Below are positions 42,435 to 55,439 of a stretch of 64,000 nt of DNA, piece after piece; the stretch's first letter is position 1; each line of letters begins with the position of its first letter. The notes under the pieces were generated by a model, which was not told the DNA's origin, did not search any database, and saw only the letters and a list, made by a program, of their open reading frames with translations. A program made the position numbers and the translations under genes. The stretch lies in NCBI GenBank assembly GCA_004764695.1, contig SMSO01000036.1:310001-374000 (forward strand), in the 5' to 3' direction. Source of the DNA: Schizochytrium sp. TIO01. Taxonomy: Eukaryota > Protista > Bigyra: Labyrinthulomycetes.

Positions 42435-44691
42435 CTACTCGGCAGCGAAAGCCTCTTCCTTTGTTGGCCACTTGGGCCAAGGCACGGGATCCTTGGGGTC
42501 AATGACAACCTGGTGGTAGTAGACAGTCTTTGAGGTAAACCAACTGGAAGTGTTGTCCCACTTGAGGGTGTAAGTACCGCCCACTTCGGCAATAAAGCGG
42601 TTCTGGTACGGCTTGGTTTTAACAGTGCAGGCGTGGGACGCAGAAGGCACCGGGAAGCTGCCATCAGGAGCTTGTACAGAGAAGTAAATATCGTTCTCCT
42701 CAAGGATCCACTCGAAAACGAGCTCAGAGCCAGCAGGAACCTCAATAGTGGCCTCGAAGCTGGTTCCCTTCTCAATAGTCGAGGAAAGGGCTTCAAAACC
42801 GTTGAGCTCAGTGTTGTCATCCCAGAAGTGGGTGATAATGTCACGCTGCTTGAGAGCATAGTCCCGCACGCGCTTGACGTTGAGACCCTGCTGAGGTCCA
42901 ACGAGGTTGACAGCCCAACGAGGAATAGCGCCCTTAATGTTAATCTGGAGCAAATAGGTGAGGTCAATGCTCATGGCATTCTTACCGACGGGTTTCTTGG
43001 GGTCCGAGCCTTCAGTGTTCTTCCAGAAGTAGCCTGTCATGCCCATGTGACCACGAACAATACCGTGGGACTCCTCGAGGGTCTTGATCTTGTCGGTGAT
43101 CTTAGGAATACTCATACACATTGAGACACCGTATCCGTTCTCAGCCCAGCAGGTAAACTCACAGAAAACGAAGTCGCGGTTTGAGAGCGGGAAAGGAAGA
43201 AGCCAGGCACCCCACTTGACAGAGTAGAGCGGGAGGTTGAGGTTCTCTGGCCTGACAGTCTTGCCACCATAACGGTCGTAATCCTTGGGGATAACGTGAA
43301 GAACGTCACCATCACCAAACATGGGGTCAAGCATGGTGAAGATGCGCTTAAACTCAGAGCGAGTGCACGTAACGGCAGCGTTCATCATCAAATCAGCCGG
43401 GATCGGGATTTGTACCTGAGAGAGAACCATTTGAACCTGCTCACCCTCGGAATCCTCCTTGTTGCCGAGGTAGACCTTGATGCCATCGCTCTCGGTGGCC
43501 ATGCGCATACCGTGTTCCTCAGGCGGGGTGGTTACGACATCGAGGGCCTCCTTGAGGTTCTTGTTCATAAAGTCCTTAATGTACTCCTCCTCCTGGTTAG
43601 AAAGCTCAGCGAGATCTTTGAAGAAATCATCGGGGAGAGGGAGGCTGCCAGCAGCCTGCTCGTCGTACTCCCTGCGCTGAGTGGTGGTGAAACTCAGGGT
43701 GCGCGGCCATGAAGCACTGCCGACCTTTTCGAGGATGTCCTCGAAGGAAAGGCCCTCAAGGGACTCGTTGTTGACAGCCACAAGAAGGTGGTCCTGCTTA
43801 ATACGGTCGTTAGTGCTTGAGACGACGTAGGCATTCAAGCCGTCGTCACTGCTCTCAAGGTTGATGCCCATGGGGCCTTCTTCAGTGAAGATAACATCAT
43901 AGCTGTGTTTTGAAGCGAGTAACCAGTGACATCATTATGGAGATTCATCAATGTGGACGCCAAGGATACGTTGTTTTACCATTCCATATCAGCAATTCAC
44001 ACGATGGAAAAACCACGTGTCAAGGGACATGTAGATCGTTTTACAGAAGATGTAGATACCAACAAGTCAATCAATAACAATACGAGAAGAACGGGTTAAG
44101 CGCACAGAAAAGTCATGAAATTTGACGAAGACATGAAAACCGAGACAAATGATTTCAATCGACCCCACATAAGAAAGGGAAGTTTATTTTACCGTCAGTC
44201 TCTTGAACTCTTAAACACCTCATAACAACATCCTTCCCCTTGATCGCTTCCCTAGCCCGAACGCAGCTAGGGCCTGCCAACCGCTCAACGAATTCACAAT
44301 GCAAACGAATCTGCGAATCAGTAGATAGATACAATGAGAAAAAGAACTAATTCTCAAATGACACAAAACAGCAACAGAGGCACAGGCTGAAGATTAGAAC
44401 AGATCACAGAAGAACAATCCCATTTGCACGACCGGATGGGGCAAGGTGAGGATACAACAGAAAGAAAAGCTCTTCCTGCTTCGCAGAGCTTCTTTCCATT
44501 TTGCCGTTTTCATCGCCTTTTTAGAGCTTTGTTCTTTTTTGTAATTGTAATTATTCTTCTCCTCCTTCTTCTTCTTCTTCCTAGCGGCCAACGCACGTCC
44601 CCCACGCGGCGAACCTCTGCTCTTGGCGCTGGCCATCGCTACTGTTGGCGCTGGCAGGGCTGGCAGAATATTTTACGCCGCTTGCCACCAT
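42435..44691 (-). CDS. PDZ-START-GOLD lipid-transfer-like protein; two exons (44691-44615 or 44691-44597, then 43902-42435)
   Basis: PDZ YDVIFTEEGPMGINLE...LLVAVNNESLEGLSFEDILEKV; START PFPLSNRDFVF...GIVRGHM...LTYLLQINIKGAIPRWAVN; GOLD LVFEWILEENDIYFSV...GTYTLKWDNTSSWFTSKTVYY. Acceptor aaacacag| ends at 43903. ATG 44691 gives a phase-2 exon with donor GTTCGC or GTGCGT. Exon 1 is inferred. Confidence 0.88.
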
Positions 44692-45579
44692 GGGTGTCTT
44701 GCGTTTGCCCGTCTCTTCCTTCGAGGCAACGTGTCGCCAATAAGAGCAGGTGGGCTGGATGGGCTTGGATTGCGCAGTGCATTCATTTTTAGATCACTTC
44801 CTCGCTCCTCCTTCACTTGTGCGCTCGTCAAGTCTGGCAGTCCTCTGCGTGTAAATCAACCTACAGTGTGTCCTCAGTCGTCGTCATGATGCAGCAAGTT
44901 GTCGCGCGGTAGTCGAAGCGAGTCTTGGATTGGGGTTTGACCGGGCAGGCAGGCTTTGATCTCTGATTTTCGTCTCCGATTTATCGATCAATATTCTTCC
45001 TTTGTTTCTTTTATTGACTCTTGCACCGCTAATGGGCGCCTACTGAGTACGCTAAGGGGGGCATTTTAAAATAAAATATACTTTTCTGAAAGGTGTTCCT
45101 TTAGAGATTCACAAATAATCTACGTAAAAAGAAAGTCAAAACAGGAATCAAAGCAGTCTTTGCTTCTCATCGCACAGTGCGTCCTCAATCGCTTTCGTTG
45201 TTCTCTCAGGTCCCTCGCACCTTCTCAGAATTAGCTAGCTAGCTAGGTAAGTAGGCACCTATGATCTGGCCAGGTCTTCGTTGGCGGAGCGGCATTACTT
45301 CATTACTTCTTGCTCCCACTAACTTCTCTTTCTACGAACGGGTTACTACTCTCTTCTTCTTCTTATTATCCATCGGTGAATGAGTGAATGAGTGAGTGAA
45401 TGAGTGCGTGAACGAACAGGAGACGTCGCTTTCAATCCAACAGTTTATCCAACTCTTCTCCAATCCCACATCCTCAATGACATGCACAATGAATTCCAGA
45501 AGATAGTTATATCGTCCACTGAAGGTCCTCTCTTCTGCAGCTCTTGGCTGACATGGCATGGCATTGACTCAAGAGGTGC

Positions 45580-46250
45580 GTGAAGTGAAGTGAAGTGAAG
45601 TGAAGTGAAGTGAATGAGTGAATGAATGAATGAAAACAAATGAATGAAAACAAATGAATGAATAAATGAAAGTAAATGAATGAATAAAATGAATGAATGA
45701 ATGAATGAAATGCAGCGACTTCTTGAGTCTTCGGAGTACCGTCTAGGTCGGTGGGTAGGTACCTGAGTAGGGAGGTAAGTGAAGGGAGGTGGCACTTTAT
45801 TTTGTCGTTGATCTTCGCTGTCAGGAGCAATCGTCGAAAGTCAATCACATAGGTATGTATGAATATCATCTACCTTCCTAACCTTCCTACCTGCCTATTA
45901 GGTACCTAGCCAGCACTAAAAAAGAAAAAGAGTTAAAAACTGAGGTGTTCTTGCACAATCGCCACGGAGTCCTAACACAGCTATATTTTACCGTAGGCGG
46001 GTCAGGGCTCAAAGGAACACTAAAAGTGCCAGAAAGGAACGGAACAAGCAGTTTCTCTTCAAATAAAAGTTTCTTTGGTAGAGGGAACTTCGTAAAATAA
46101 ATAAGAAAGTTAATAGATTCAACGCAATGTAATGTAGGTCTTTCGCGATGCAATGCAATGTAATGCAATGCAACGCAATGCAACGCAATGCAATGCAATG
46201 CAATGCAACGTAACGTAACACAATCCATTCGTAATGCAATGAATTTCAAC
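45580..46250. repeat. (GTGAA)n, (TGAA)n and (ATGCA)n microsatellites
   Basis: Runs at about 45580-45710 and 46125-46250. Confidence 0.85.
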
Positions 46251-49200
46251 GTAATGCGGCGTATTGCAATTCTATGAAGCCCATTCTGTAATTATGCGGA
46301 GGTAGCGCAATATCAGGCACAACGCAGGACAACCGCAGAGCTTTCATTTGTTTCCATTGCTTTCTCAACGATAGTTTGTCCTTGTATTGTTCTTCTTCTT
46401 ATTGATTTATTTTTAGGGGAGTGGGGGGGGGGCAGAGAGAACGAACTTACAAAGTGCTTACTCAATTAAAATCATTAAAAAGTACTTACTTTGTCAAAAC
46501 TTACTATTTGAAGAATAATTATTTAAATAAAAAAATAAAATAAAAAATTACTACCTTGTCGGTGAAGAAGAAGCTGCCAACTTGGAGCTCAGGAATGTGC
46601 CTTCTTGCCTCTGCTGCCAGCCGAGCTCGGGCGCGCTTGCTGCCAGCTTGGAGCCCGGCAGAGGTACCACGCCGCCATGTCGCAGCGTCAATCAGTGAGG
46701 CATGCGACCCGTAAGCCCTCGCGGTTTCGGGATGGCGGCGCACAACCTTCTCGCTGCTTCGTTCAATTCGTTCACCATTTTTGTTTTGGCTTTGAACACT
46801 TCTTTATTGGTTTCTTTCTCTTTTGTTGAGGTAGAAACCTTCATAAAATGGGGTGAGAAAACGCACATCTTCAAGATCACCAATCACCACCGTCGCAGGA
46901 AAGCAAACCAACCCAACGCAGAATAAATAGCCTCTTCTCTGCCTGCTGGCGTGCATCGGTACAATTGGCGCAATCTCCCTTCGAGTGACGCTTGTCGGCG
47001 GCGCTCGAGGCCAGAAAAGCCTCGCAGGCGTCTGTAATTCCTTCAACCCGTGCATGCTTCGAGCCATCCTCCTCTCAAACATATATAAATATACATACAT
47101 TCATAGACAAAAAAACATGAATGCATTCCATAAATTCCATAAATTACATAAATTGCACAAGAAACAGAAACAAGCAAATCCAGAAACAAATCCGATGCGC
47201 ACGTTTATCTGTTTCGCAGATGTGCCCTTTCCGCGAGTATAAATAACTGACTGTTTCTGCGTTGTCGATGTGCAAGTGCCGAGCTTGGGAAGTAAGATAA
47301 CTTACAGTAAGTACGTAAAGCCGCGGCATTCATTCGAAGGTGTTACAGCGATGCATCGACTTATCGGATCCGGAGGCTCTTGGAGCCCTCCAATCCTCCC
47401 GGGATGCTCGCCAGCGCCTTGAAGGTCCATGCTCTGCGCAGAAGCGATTATGCAAGAACCCAAGCAAGAACCCAAGCAAGCTGGCTGGCTGGACCCAGCT
47501 AATTTGGGGCGTGAAGGTCAACGAGATTGGCGTCAGCGGTGTGCGCCTTTCCAAGCTGGCCGCGGTGGGATTGCACGTGCATGGTTTCTTTGTTTGGTTT
47601 CATGGCGTTCTTGATAGTGAAGCAGCGCGAGTACAATGGATTGATTGATTTTGTGTGCGTGCGTGCATTGGTTCTGGCGAGACTCGAGCGGAACAGTTGT
47701 CGTTTATTGGCAGCAGAGCGGTCCTCCCTCCGACTCGGACAGACAGCGATGCAATACGTTGCGACGCAATGCACAAATTGCGGATCGCCATTGTTATTAA
47801 TGCAGGTAAAGCAACGACGATGTGAGAAAGCGCGCAGTGCTCTCGCACGACATCGCGAGCTGCAATGCGCAACTCACCACGGACCCACGAGAAAGCCTGC
47901 GCGGAGTAACGACAGAACTCCGTGGGGACTACTTACTTATCTGGCATACTTCACCCTTCTTGACGAGGATCTATCTGTCAGGTAGGTAAGTACCCAGGTC
48001 ACCAGAGATGAGGCACCGTAGTTCCGAGTTTTGTCCAGACACGCCGAAGTTGATATCGTCGCGAACCCGCACGTTCTCGCTTTGCATGCATTACATCGGC
48101 ACAATCGACTCATGATCGATGCGAAGTCTGCGAAAACTAAACCCTGAAAATACCGCATACACAGCAGGTGTACTTTGGGACTTTTACACCAAAAGAAACA
48201 CTAAACCGGAGCTGCCTTAAAGCGTCCAAGTCGCCGCAATAGATTCTTGCTTCATTCACTCACAAAGCCTCGCACGTGCTGCACGCGATTTGTGATGGGA
48301 TGCTCTTGAAGCCCAACCTCCAGAGCTAGCTAACCTCAGGCTCTTGCAGCTCGAGCTGGCCGCCGTACTCTGCAGCTCTCGTCACTCGCACGGGAAGGAA
48401 GAAGACGATGTGTTCGCGAGAGTCATGAAGTTCTTGCTCTTGGTGCGAATGGAGTCACTCAATGCTCACTCAGGTTACGAAACCTCCCTCAAGTTGTGCA
48501 GGAAGTGTGCACCACCTCTGTCCTCCTCGCGGAGCCACCCATAGGCGTTTCGTGTATATAGCGCTAGGGCTGGCACTTTTCAATGCGGGTGTAAATTTTC
48601 AGACACCGCAGAAGAACAAATTTTGAATGAATTTTGCGAAGAACTAAATAACTTTAAAAGGATAAAATAAATAAAATAAATAAATAAATAAATAAATCAA
48701 GAAGTCGTGTGCACAAGATCTTCTTATCTTATTTTATTTTGGGCTGATGGTTTGGGGTCCGTTTGGAGCGATGCGCGTCAGTTCTGGCGGGAGAAACTCG
48801 CTCGCCAGCTTATGGAGCATGGGTTTACGAAGACTGCTTGCCTGTGAAGCGCTCCAGGCACAAGATCTCCACAGAACGAATTGCGAAAGATTTAACTACA
48901 CCACATAATAAATATAATGCGGTGTGTGAGAGTAAGTGAACCCAATCTTCAAATCTCTTTAGACTAGCAATAGTACACCCGTCCATCTTGACTTTATCAT
49001 GCTTCTTATCATCATATCAGACAGACAGAGTACATCTTTAAATGTAACGCATGTAACATACTTATATGACTCGCTGTATTTAGTACATGACGCATTATTT
49101 GTTTGTGGTCGCATCAACTTGTCAAGTCCACTCATACTCATACTCCCCTGGCACGCTAAATTGACGAGTTATCTCACCTCAATGCGTCAACCAATTCTCA

Positions 49201-49805
49201 GGCCCAGCAAGCATTTACCCTACTTCCTCCAGTTCTCTCCTCTCCTACAACTGCCGTACTAAGTAGATAGGCAACCCACCTACCTACTACGTATATCACT
49301 TATAAACTGGGCAAAACGCCCGTCCCACTAAAGATGAAATCAGCAAAATAGCCCGGATTTCCCACTAGCGAAATCAATATGGTCCCGGATTCCATCCTCA
49401 GCTTGCTTTTGTCGGTGCCTTAGGTATGCACGCCGCGGCGAGGGCGCTGCCTTTGTGCCCTTACATTGCTCTAGGAGCACCTTAGGTGCTATGTAGAGGA
49501 GTGATGGTTTGAATAGGGAACAGAGAGTGGAGGAGTGCTTATGGGCTAAAGAGGGTTCTGCACAGTAGGTTATAGAGAGTTGTTCTATAGTGTGGTTTGG
49601 GTGAAAGTAGAGTTTTAGAAGTGTTCTATTGGTGTCCCCATCGTTCTGATTGCTTGCTTTACTTTACAGAGTCGTAGCAGCGTAGTATTTGCAATTGCAA
49701 TTGTCGAGACAATTTTCTGGCGCCAGACTCCTTTTGGCGATACCGCTGCGAGCGTATCTGTAGGATTGCAGACGTCCAGGCGTCCAGGCAGGAAGCCCCG
49801 GGAGG

Positions 49806-50801
49806 ATGTCGCTTCTTTCTTCCACTTCTCTCCGCTTCGCAGCGGCCTCTGGTCTGGTTGCGGAGCGGCCGGCAATGATGGCCTCGCGTCGCTGCGTCTC
49901 GTCAATGTCCATGATGCAGCAGAAGGCCTCCGATGTGCGCAAGATGCGTAGCACCGAGATCATTATGGATCGCTACCAGCCTGAGGTATACAACGATAAT
50001 CTCTCACTGTCTCTTCTCAGCGCCGGTGGTCGCGCTCAGAAGCGTTTTCAATTCGGTAGCATGACCAAGTCATTTCGCGCAAAGTCGCTGGTTACGCGCC
50101 GAGACAAGGGCTTCAATGAACGTGGCTTCATTGCGGAGGCCCAGCTTATTTTCCAGGAGTTCAACGCTGCTCTCGCAACTAACAACCTTGGCTCCCTCGG
50201 TGACGTCGCCACTGAGCACCTCCTCGGTCGTCTCCAGAAGCACATGGAGTACGAGCCCCTCGTCGGCACCCACAACTTGTCTCGCATCGCAAGCTTTCTC
50301 GAGCCTCCCCAGGTTCTTCAAGCTCGCACTGTCCAGGTCCACCAAACTGCTAATGATCTTGTCTTTGCTCAGTTCACTGTGCGCTTTGTGACTGAGAACC
50401 GCCGCGTGGGAGCGGAGGATGTTGTGGGACTGCGTTCTTCCTCGCACAGATCTTCAAAGTCGCGCACCAAGTCTATCAAGAAGAACGATCCTTTTGCGGT
50501 GTCTAGGCAGATGAACACTGGTGCCAGCCGCCTCGAGCGTGAGCCCGGTCGGTGGCAGGTGGCCTTTGACGAGAAGGGCGAGTACTACTACAACACTGTG
50601 ACCAAGGAGTCCCGCTGGGAGCGCCCGCCTAACTTCCTCGTATCACCTTCGTACACCATGTGCTCCCGGGGCACTCTTGGAGCAACGGGCGTCGTTCTGG
50701 AGGAGGACGGTGAGACTGGCCAGGATAAGGTGCAGCTTGATGTGGTCTTCGAGCGCCCGCTCTTCAACCTTGCCACGCCCTGGCGTGTCGCATTCTTCTA
50801 A
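49806..50801 (+). CDS. Mitochondrial Tim44-domain protein (mL45/Mba1-like) with an inserted WW domain
   Basis: Arg/Ser/Ala-rich presequence-like N-terminus. Tim44-like segments FNERGFIAEAQLIFQEFNAALATNNLGSLGDVATEHLL, VLQARTV...FAQFTVRF and VVFERPL...WRV. WW domain GRWQVAFDEKGEYYYNTVTKESRWERP. Confidence 0.82.
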   Translation: MSLLSSTSLRFAAASGLVAERPAMMASRRCVSSMSMMQQKASDVRKMRSTEIIMDRYQPEVYNDNLSLSLLSAGGRAQKRFQFGSMTKSFRAKSLVTRRDKGFNERGFIAEAQLIFQEFNAALATNNLGSLGDVATEHLLGRLQKHMEYEPLVGTHNLSRIASFLEPPQVLQARTVQVHQTANDLVFAQFTVRFVTENRRVGAEDVVGLRSSSHRSSKSRTKSIKKNDPFAVSRQMNTGASRLEREPGRWQVAFDEKGEYYYNTVTKESRWERPPNFLVSPSYTMCSRGTLGATGVVLEEDGETGQDKVQLDVVFERPLFNLATPWRVAFF

Positions 50802-52634
50802 GATGGAGGAATGCAATCCAACTTAGGAAACCCGAATTAAACCAAACACTGTTGAATGACACACTGGTGTCTGCAATGAAGTATAACCATAAATAAGATA
50901 AAAATAAGAAAAAATTATGTAGCCATTTCTTTCGCCAGTCGAGCAAAGTATACTCACTCCTCAGGGAGGCGTTGCAGCTCATTTACCCCCTTCCCTTTAT
51001 ATCCTGTAAGGCTGAGATCAAGTCACAAATAGCAACAATTTGTCATAGAATCACAGTTCTTTCTTTAGATAATTCTTTCCCGGGTTTCAAGAAAAATTAG
51101 ATAGCAGGGCCGATAGCAGATATATAGCCTTCGTCTTTGTCTAAAACTATTTGTACACAGTTGGACTCTGACCACATGTTTCTTCTTTCCACGAAACCTG
51201 ATATTTGCAAAGTTAGAGTAAAACCATCAGTTCGTTATGGCACAGAGTCATACATGATGAGACTGCCGAAGCCGTAGCACTGCCTCGAGGTAGTAAGTAT
51301 AAACAACACTGAGTATTCAGCTTTGCAACCCCCTCCCCCCCCCCAAGAAGTATTGGACTCTAAAGAGATTGTTTGAGTCTCAAATTTTATGAGTATCAAT
51401 TTTGATCATCATTTAAGACACAATTTAACTCCTTAAATATGAGACAACAATTTCAGAGGTTATGTGAAGCATGGTTCTATTGGAGAAACTCATTTTTTTG
51501 CGCTGGGAAGGCTCAAGGAGCACAGCTCCGTGCGAAGCAGTGAGAAAAAAGTTGAACAGAAAAGGGATTGTTTTTTTGAGTGAGAAATCCCGCCAGAAGT
51601 ATTAAGTCATAAATTTAGTTTTGCCGGTGAATTAAAAAAAAAAACGGGTGATGGTACCCAATGTAGATGCTGAGTACTATAATGAGAGCTTGCTTTGACA
51701 TGATACATGCTACATACATGGTGGTAATGAGTGAGAAAAGCTGATGACAGCGCCAAGCGGGATTTATGTTGGTTGTGGATTGAAAGTTGTGCAGAGAAAC
51801 TAGCCCACTGGCACAGTTTTGCTGTGGAAACCTGACTACGCACAAATATACTGGAGTGTAGGAGCCAGGAAGAGAAGTACTTGATAATTCTGCATCATGA
51901 AGGTTTATAAAAGCCCCAAAGGGGGCTGTCTTTTAGAGGATACATTAGCAGAATTAGAACCAGATAGGAAAGTGTATACTTTGTATACTGTTACAACACA
52001 GATGAAAGTGATGACGATCTTTACAGGAATGCACAAAGAGACGAAAAAAACGAAAATCAGCATAAGAGAGCAGCTCATACCGCTGAGAAGGTTGGTTTTT
52101 TGTTTCCAACCGATGGAAACAAAAGAATAGAACAGACGTAAAACGAAGATTGCGTTGGATATGCGTGGAGGAAATAGACTGCTGGTTCATTTGTCCATTC
52201 ATATACCGCATTTAGACGCAAGAAAGGCAAACCATCACAAGGAAGGCTGGTTTTGATTTGCTCAGTTTAGGAAATGCAAATTTCGGGTACATCGTTGCTG
52301 CCGTATTGAGACAGGTTTCGATAACTTCACGCCATCAATATACCTTGCTTCATAGAAAAATGCACTGCGTGAAAAGCATCGGCATACCGTGGCAGATGGT
52401 AGAGTATACCAGAAATACTGCCCTCCAAAACCTATACGTCATTAAATCTTACATATTCCTGATTTTTAGAAAACCTCGAAGCTGTTCAGGTAGAGTGAGA
52501 TTTGCGGTATTTGTTTGACGTGTTCAGCAGTTTGCTTGCACCCCCGATCACTAGAGAACAAACATGGCCATGAAAATTCCATGCAAAAGGTAAGGTTGCC
52601 AAAAAGAGTTTAGCATACGCTTGGCCACTTGTCA

Positions 52635-54005
52635 TCATGAGCTAGTGGCCGTTCTTCTTTGTCGCTTTGATCCATTTCCGAATTTTTCAGGGAGCTCAGC
52701 GATGCGTTCTAAAAGACGCTGTTCAAGGTCAGCAATTTTGGATTCGAGACGAATAATGCTGCTTGACCCAGGTACTGAAGCCATCTGCTTAAAGATGCTT
52801 GACATGTTTGAGGGGAAGCTATTTGCGTCCTGCATGCCCTGCAACCCAAGCAAGTCGAAGACAGGTGAAGTCAACCCTTGGCCGGTCAAACCACCAACAT
52901 TAACACAAGCCAAAGGCGACCCACCACTCCCTGGTATCAATCCTACAGGTGCGTTCTCTTGGCTTTGCTGGTGTTGGTGAGTATGCTGGTGTTGCTGCTG
53001 GAGATCTACAACACGAGCCCCCTGTTGCTGCACTTTGATCCTACTGTCCTTAGCATGTGCCATATGCTGTGGAGAAGTCCCTGCTAGCAAGAGAGGTGAA
53101 TGTTCTGGCGAAAAGTCACTACCAGTATCTTTACCCATGTGTGACCCATGTGAGCTTTGTCTTGAGGCAGCTAGCAGTGGTGACGTAATCGATCCCCCGT
53201 GACCTACATGTACGTGCTTGCCTCCGTTACTGTTGCTCCTTACACTCTGATTTTGGCTTCCACTATTAGTTCTCAGTTTTGTTGCGCCATTGTCATTTCC
53301 GAGGCCTTCGTTGCTATGATTAAAATTGTTTTTAGCATGATTCTTAGCACCTGCCACTGCGTTGTTGTTGCTGTTGTTATTATCATTATGCTGATTGGTG
53401 TTGCCATTCTTGCTGGAATTACCGTTCTTGGTGTTCAAATTAATGACGCTTCCCTTGAGGTTGGCATCTCCGGTATTGGTCTTTTGGACGCTGTTGCCAT
53501 TGTTGATGCTGTTGATGTTGTTGACGTTGCTGATGTTGCCGACGATGCCGAGTCCCGAAGCAAGTCGAACTGGTGGCACTGGTGCTGGTGTGCACGGGTA
53601 GGCTGGCGACATTTCTTGAGGTGATAGCTGTGTCTGGTAAGTTGGAGCGTCTACAGACCTGCTCGATGTGTCATTATCTGAGTGGCTGCGGTCATCTTCT
53701 TCCCAAGCGGCCAAGAGATTTTCAATGGCGGGAATCTCTGGAAAGTCGCGAGCGCTGATATTTTGCGCGAAGCAGAACTTGCGTACCTCTGTGAGCAGAC
53801 GCTGGGCCTCAGCGTTTCCGCGTTTGAGCGTGGCAATTTCCTCGCGCATGCGCTTAAGCTCTTCTTTACGTTTAGCGCGAAATCTGCGTGCAGCCTGGCT
53901 ATTCTGTAGCTTGCGCCTGTTGTACGAGAACTCAGCGTTCTCGGTGACCTCGGTCTTAGTGTCTAGCGAAGAGTCTGCATCGTGCGCAGATCCTTCCATC
54001 ATCAT
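52635..54005 (-). CDS. bZIP transcription factor with Asn-rich and Gln/His-rich regions
   Basis: Basic region RRKLQNSQAARRFRAKRKEE followed by zipper LKRMREEIATLKRGNAEAQRLLTEV; first ATG at 54005. Confidence 0.9.
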   Translation of the reverse strand: MMMEGSAHDADSSLDTKTEVTENAEFSYNRRKLQNSQAARRFRAKRKEELKRMREEIATLKRGNAEAQRLLTEVRKFCFAQNISARDFPEIPAIENLLAAWEEDDRSHSDNDTSSRSVDAPTYQTQLSPQEMSPAYPCTPAPVPPVRLASGLGIVGNISNVNNINSINNGNSVQKTNTGDANLKGSVINLNTKNGNSSKNGNTNQHNDNNNSNNNAVAGAKNHAKNNFNHSNEGLGNDNGATKLRTNSGSQNQSVRSNSNGGKHVHVGHGGSITSPLLAASRQSSHGSHMGKDTGSDFSPEHSPLLLAGTSPQHMAHAKDSRIKVQQQGARVVDLQQQHQHTHQHQQSQENAPVGLIPGSGGSPLACVNVGGLTGQGLTSPVFDLLGLQGMQDANSFPSNMSSIFKQMASVPGSSSIIRLESKIADLEQRLLERIAELPEKFGNGSKRQRRTATSS

Positions 54006-54295
54006 GCCCGCGCCGATCCTGAGCAGGGTCTGCGCCACCCTCAAAAATTTGACGAAGAGTGCGTTGGTGAGTCAGTTACTGGGCCCAGGTTTGCAACGTG
54101 GAGTTTCGAAAGTCCACGACCCCAACCCGCTGCTTCGACCTCAGGACTGTCAGGCCAGCCGCCGACCTTGTCCAGCTAGGCACAGGCAGTTCTATGTGTA
54201 TCCGCCCTTGACTTTGCTCGTATCTGGTGCGTGTGAGGAGGTGTCGTTGAGGTGCCGTGAGGAATCCAAAGTTCGAATCCAGGAGCCGGGGAGCT

Positions 54296-54304
54296 CTATA
54301 TATA
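54296..54304 (-). promoter_or_regulatory. Candidate TATA box of the bZIP gene
   Basis: Isolated TATATATA within GC-rich sequence about 290 bp upstream of the ATG. Confidence 0.4.
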
Positions 54305-55439
54305 AGGCGGAGAGAGAGAAATGGATCTCGCCGTACCCGCTGCTGAAGGAAGGCCTGGCCAAGCGGGCTGCCGGCGAGCCGCTGCCACAGGCCGCCCTGG
54401 CCCTGGCGTTCAAGAGACTGCCGGCGCAGCGCTCTCACGTCGCAGACGGCAGCGGCGACGGACGATGAATCAATAATGCGGCGGGAGCAAACGGGGTCTC
54501 AGTTCCCGACAGAGAGAGTCTGCTTTGCTTTCTTTGTTTTGCTTTGCATTCCTTCTTTCTTTTTAACTTTGGTGATGACTCTGATTTTTATTTTTTGTTT
54601 TTTAAATAAATTTGTTTTTAACTTACAAAATCGTTTCCTTTTTTATTTTTATTTTTTATTTTTTTAATGTTAGGAATTTCAAAATTAAAAGTTCATACAC
54701 AAATTGAAAAGGAAAGAAAGACTTTTGCTCCCTTCATTCGTCAGTACAGTTTGGCCGTCGTCTTCGCCTCTTTGACGTTGGAGTAGTTGGATGGGCACTC
54801 TGCTTACACTGGGGCGATTGGTCTGAGCTTGGGTCGGCTTGGAGCTCTAATTTCATGTTTTCCTGCGTCCAATTAGAGACAGACTCATTGGGTTTGTAGC
54901 TAGCGATCTGAGTTTCGGGGTGTTCTTAGCTTACTTACATTGATTGCAGAAGGTTGTTGAGTTTTTACTTTTCATAAAATGAAGAGAGAAGGGAAAAAAG
55001 ACATAAAGAGAGAGAGAGAGAGAGAGAGAGAGATCAAGAATCAGTAATATCTCTTCTTCACTGGTTTTCAACTCAAACCCACTAATCTTGCAATAAGGGG
55101 TGTCTTGTTTTGAAGTGGACGAGGCATGCTGACTGCCACTTTCAAAAGCCCACATAGAAATGATCCTGGCAGTCTCCGGCGGCGTTTACTTATTCATTCA
55201 TGCATCCATTCGTTTTTTAGTACTTCGGTGCTCGAACAGTTTTCTTCTTCTTCTAACCATCTTATTCAATTTAAAAAGGAAAGGATCTTTTCGTGGATGT
55301 TCTAACTTCATCCTGTTCTTTCGGTCTGTTTATTTAAAGAAAAGAAGGGGTTCTTTCTTTCAGGCTGGCAGATTCAATTCCAAGGCGATGACGACGACGA
55401 TGCTGCGCGAGTATCCCAAACCCATATATGTCGATGGCA

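Noticed and set aside
46500-48600. Many 60-150 aa ORFs in GC-rich intergenic patches
   Set aside because: No domain, mutually overlapping, and no codon bias like the real genes
54230-54290. GTTCGAATCC resembling a tRNA T-loop or B box
   Set aside because: The flanks do not form a T-stem, and no acceptor stem or cloverleaf is found
53668-54468. 266-aa plus-strand ORF
   Set aside because: Antisense to the bZIP gene and its GC-rich promoter; no domain
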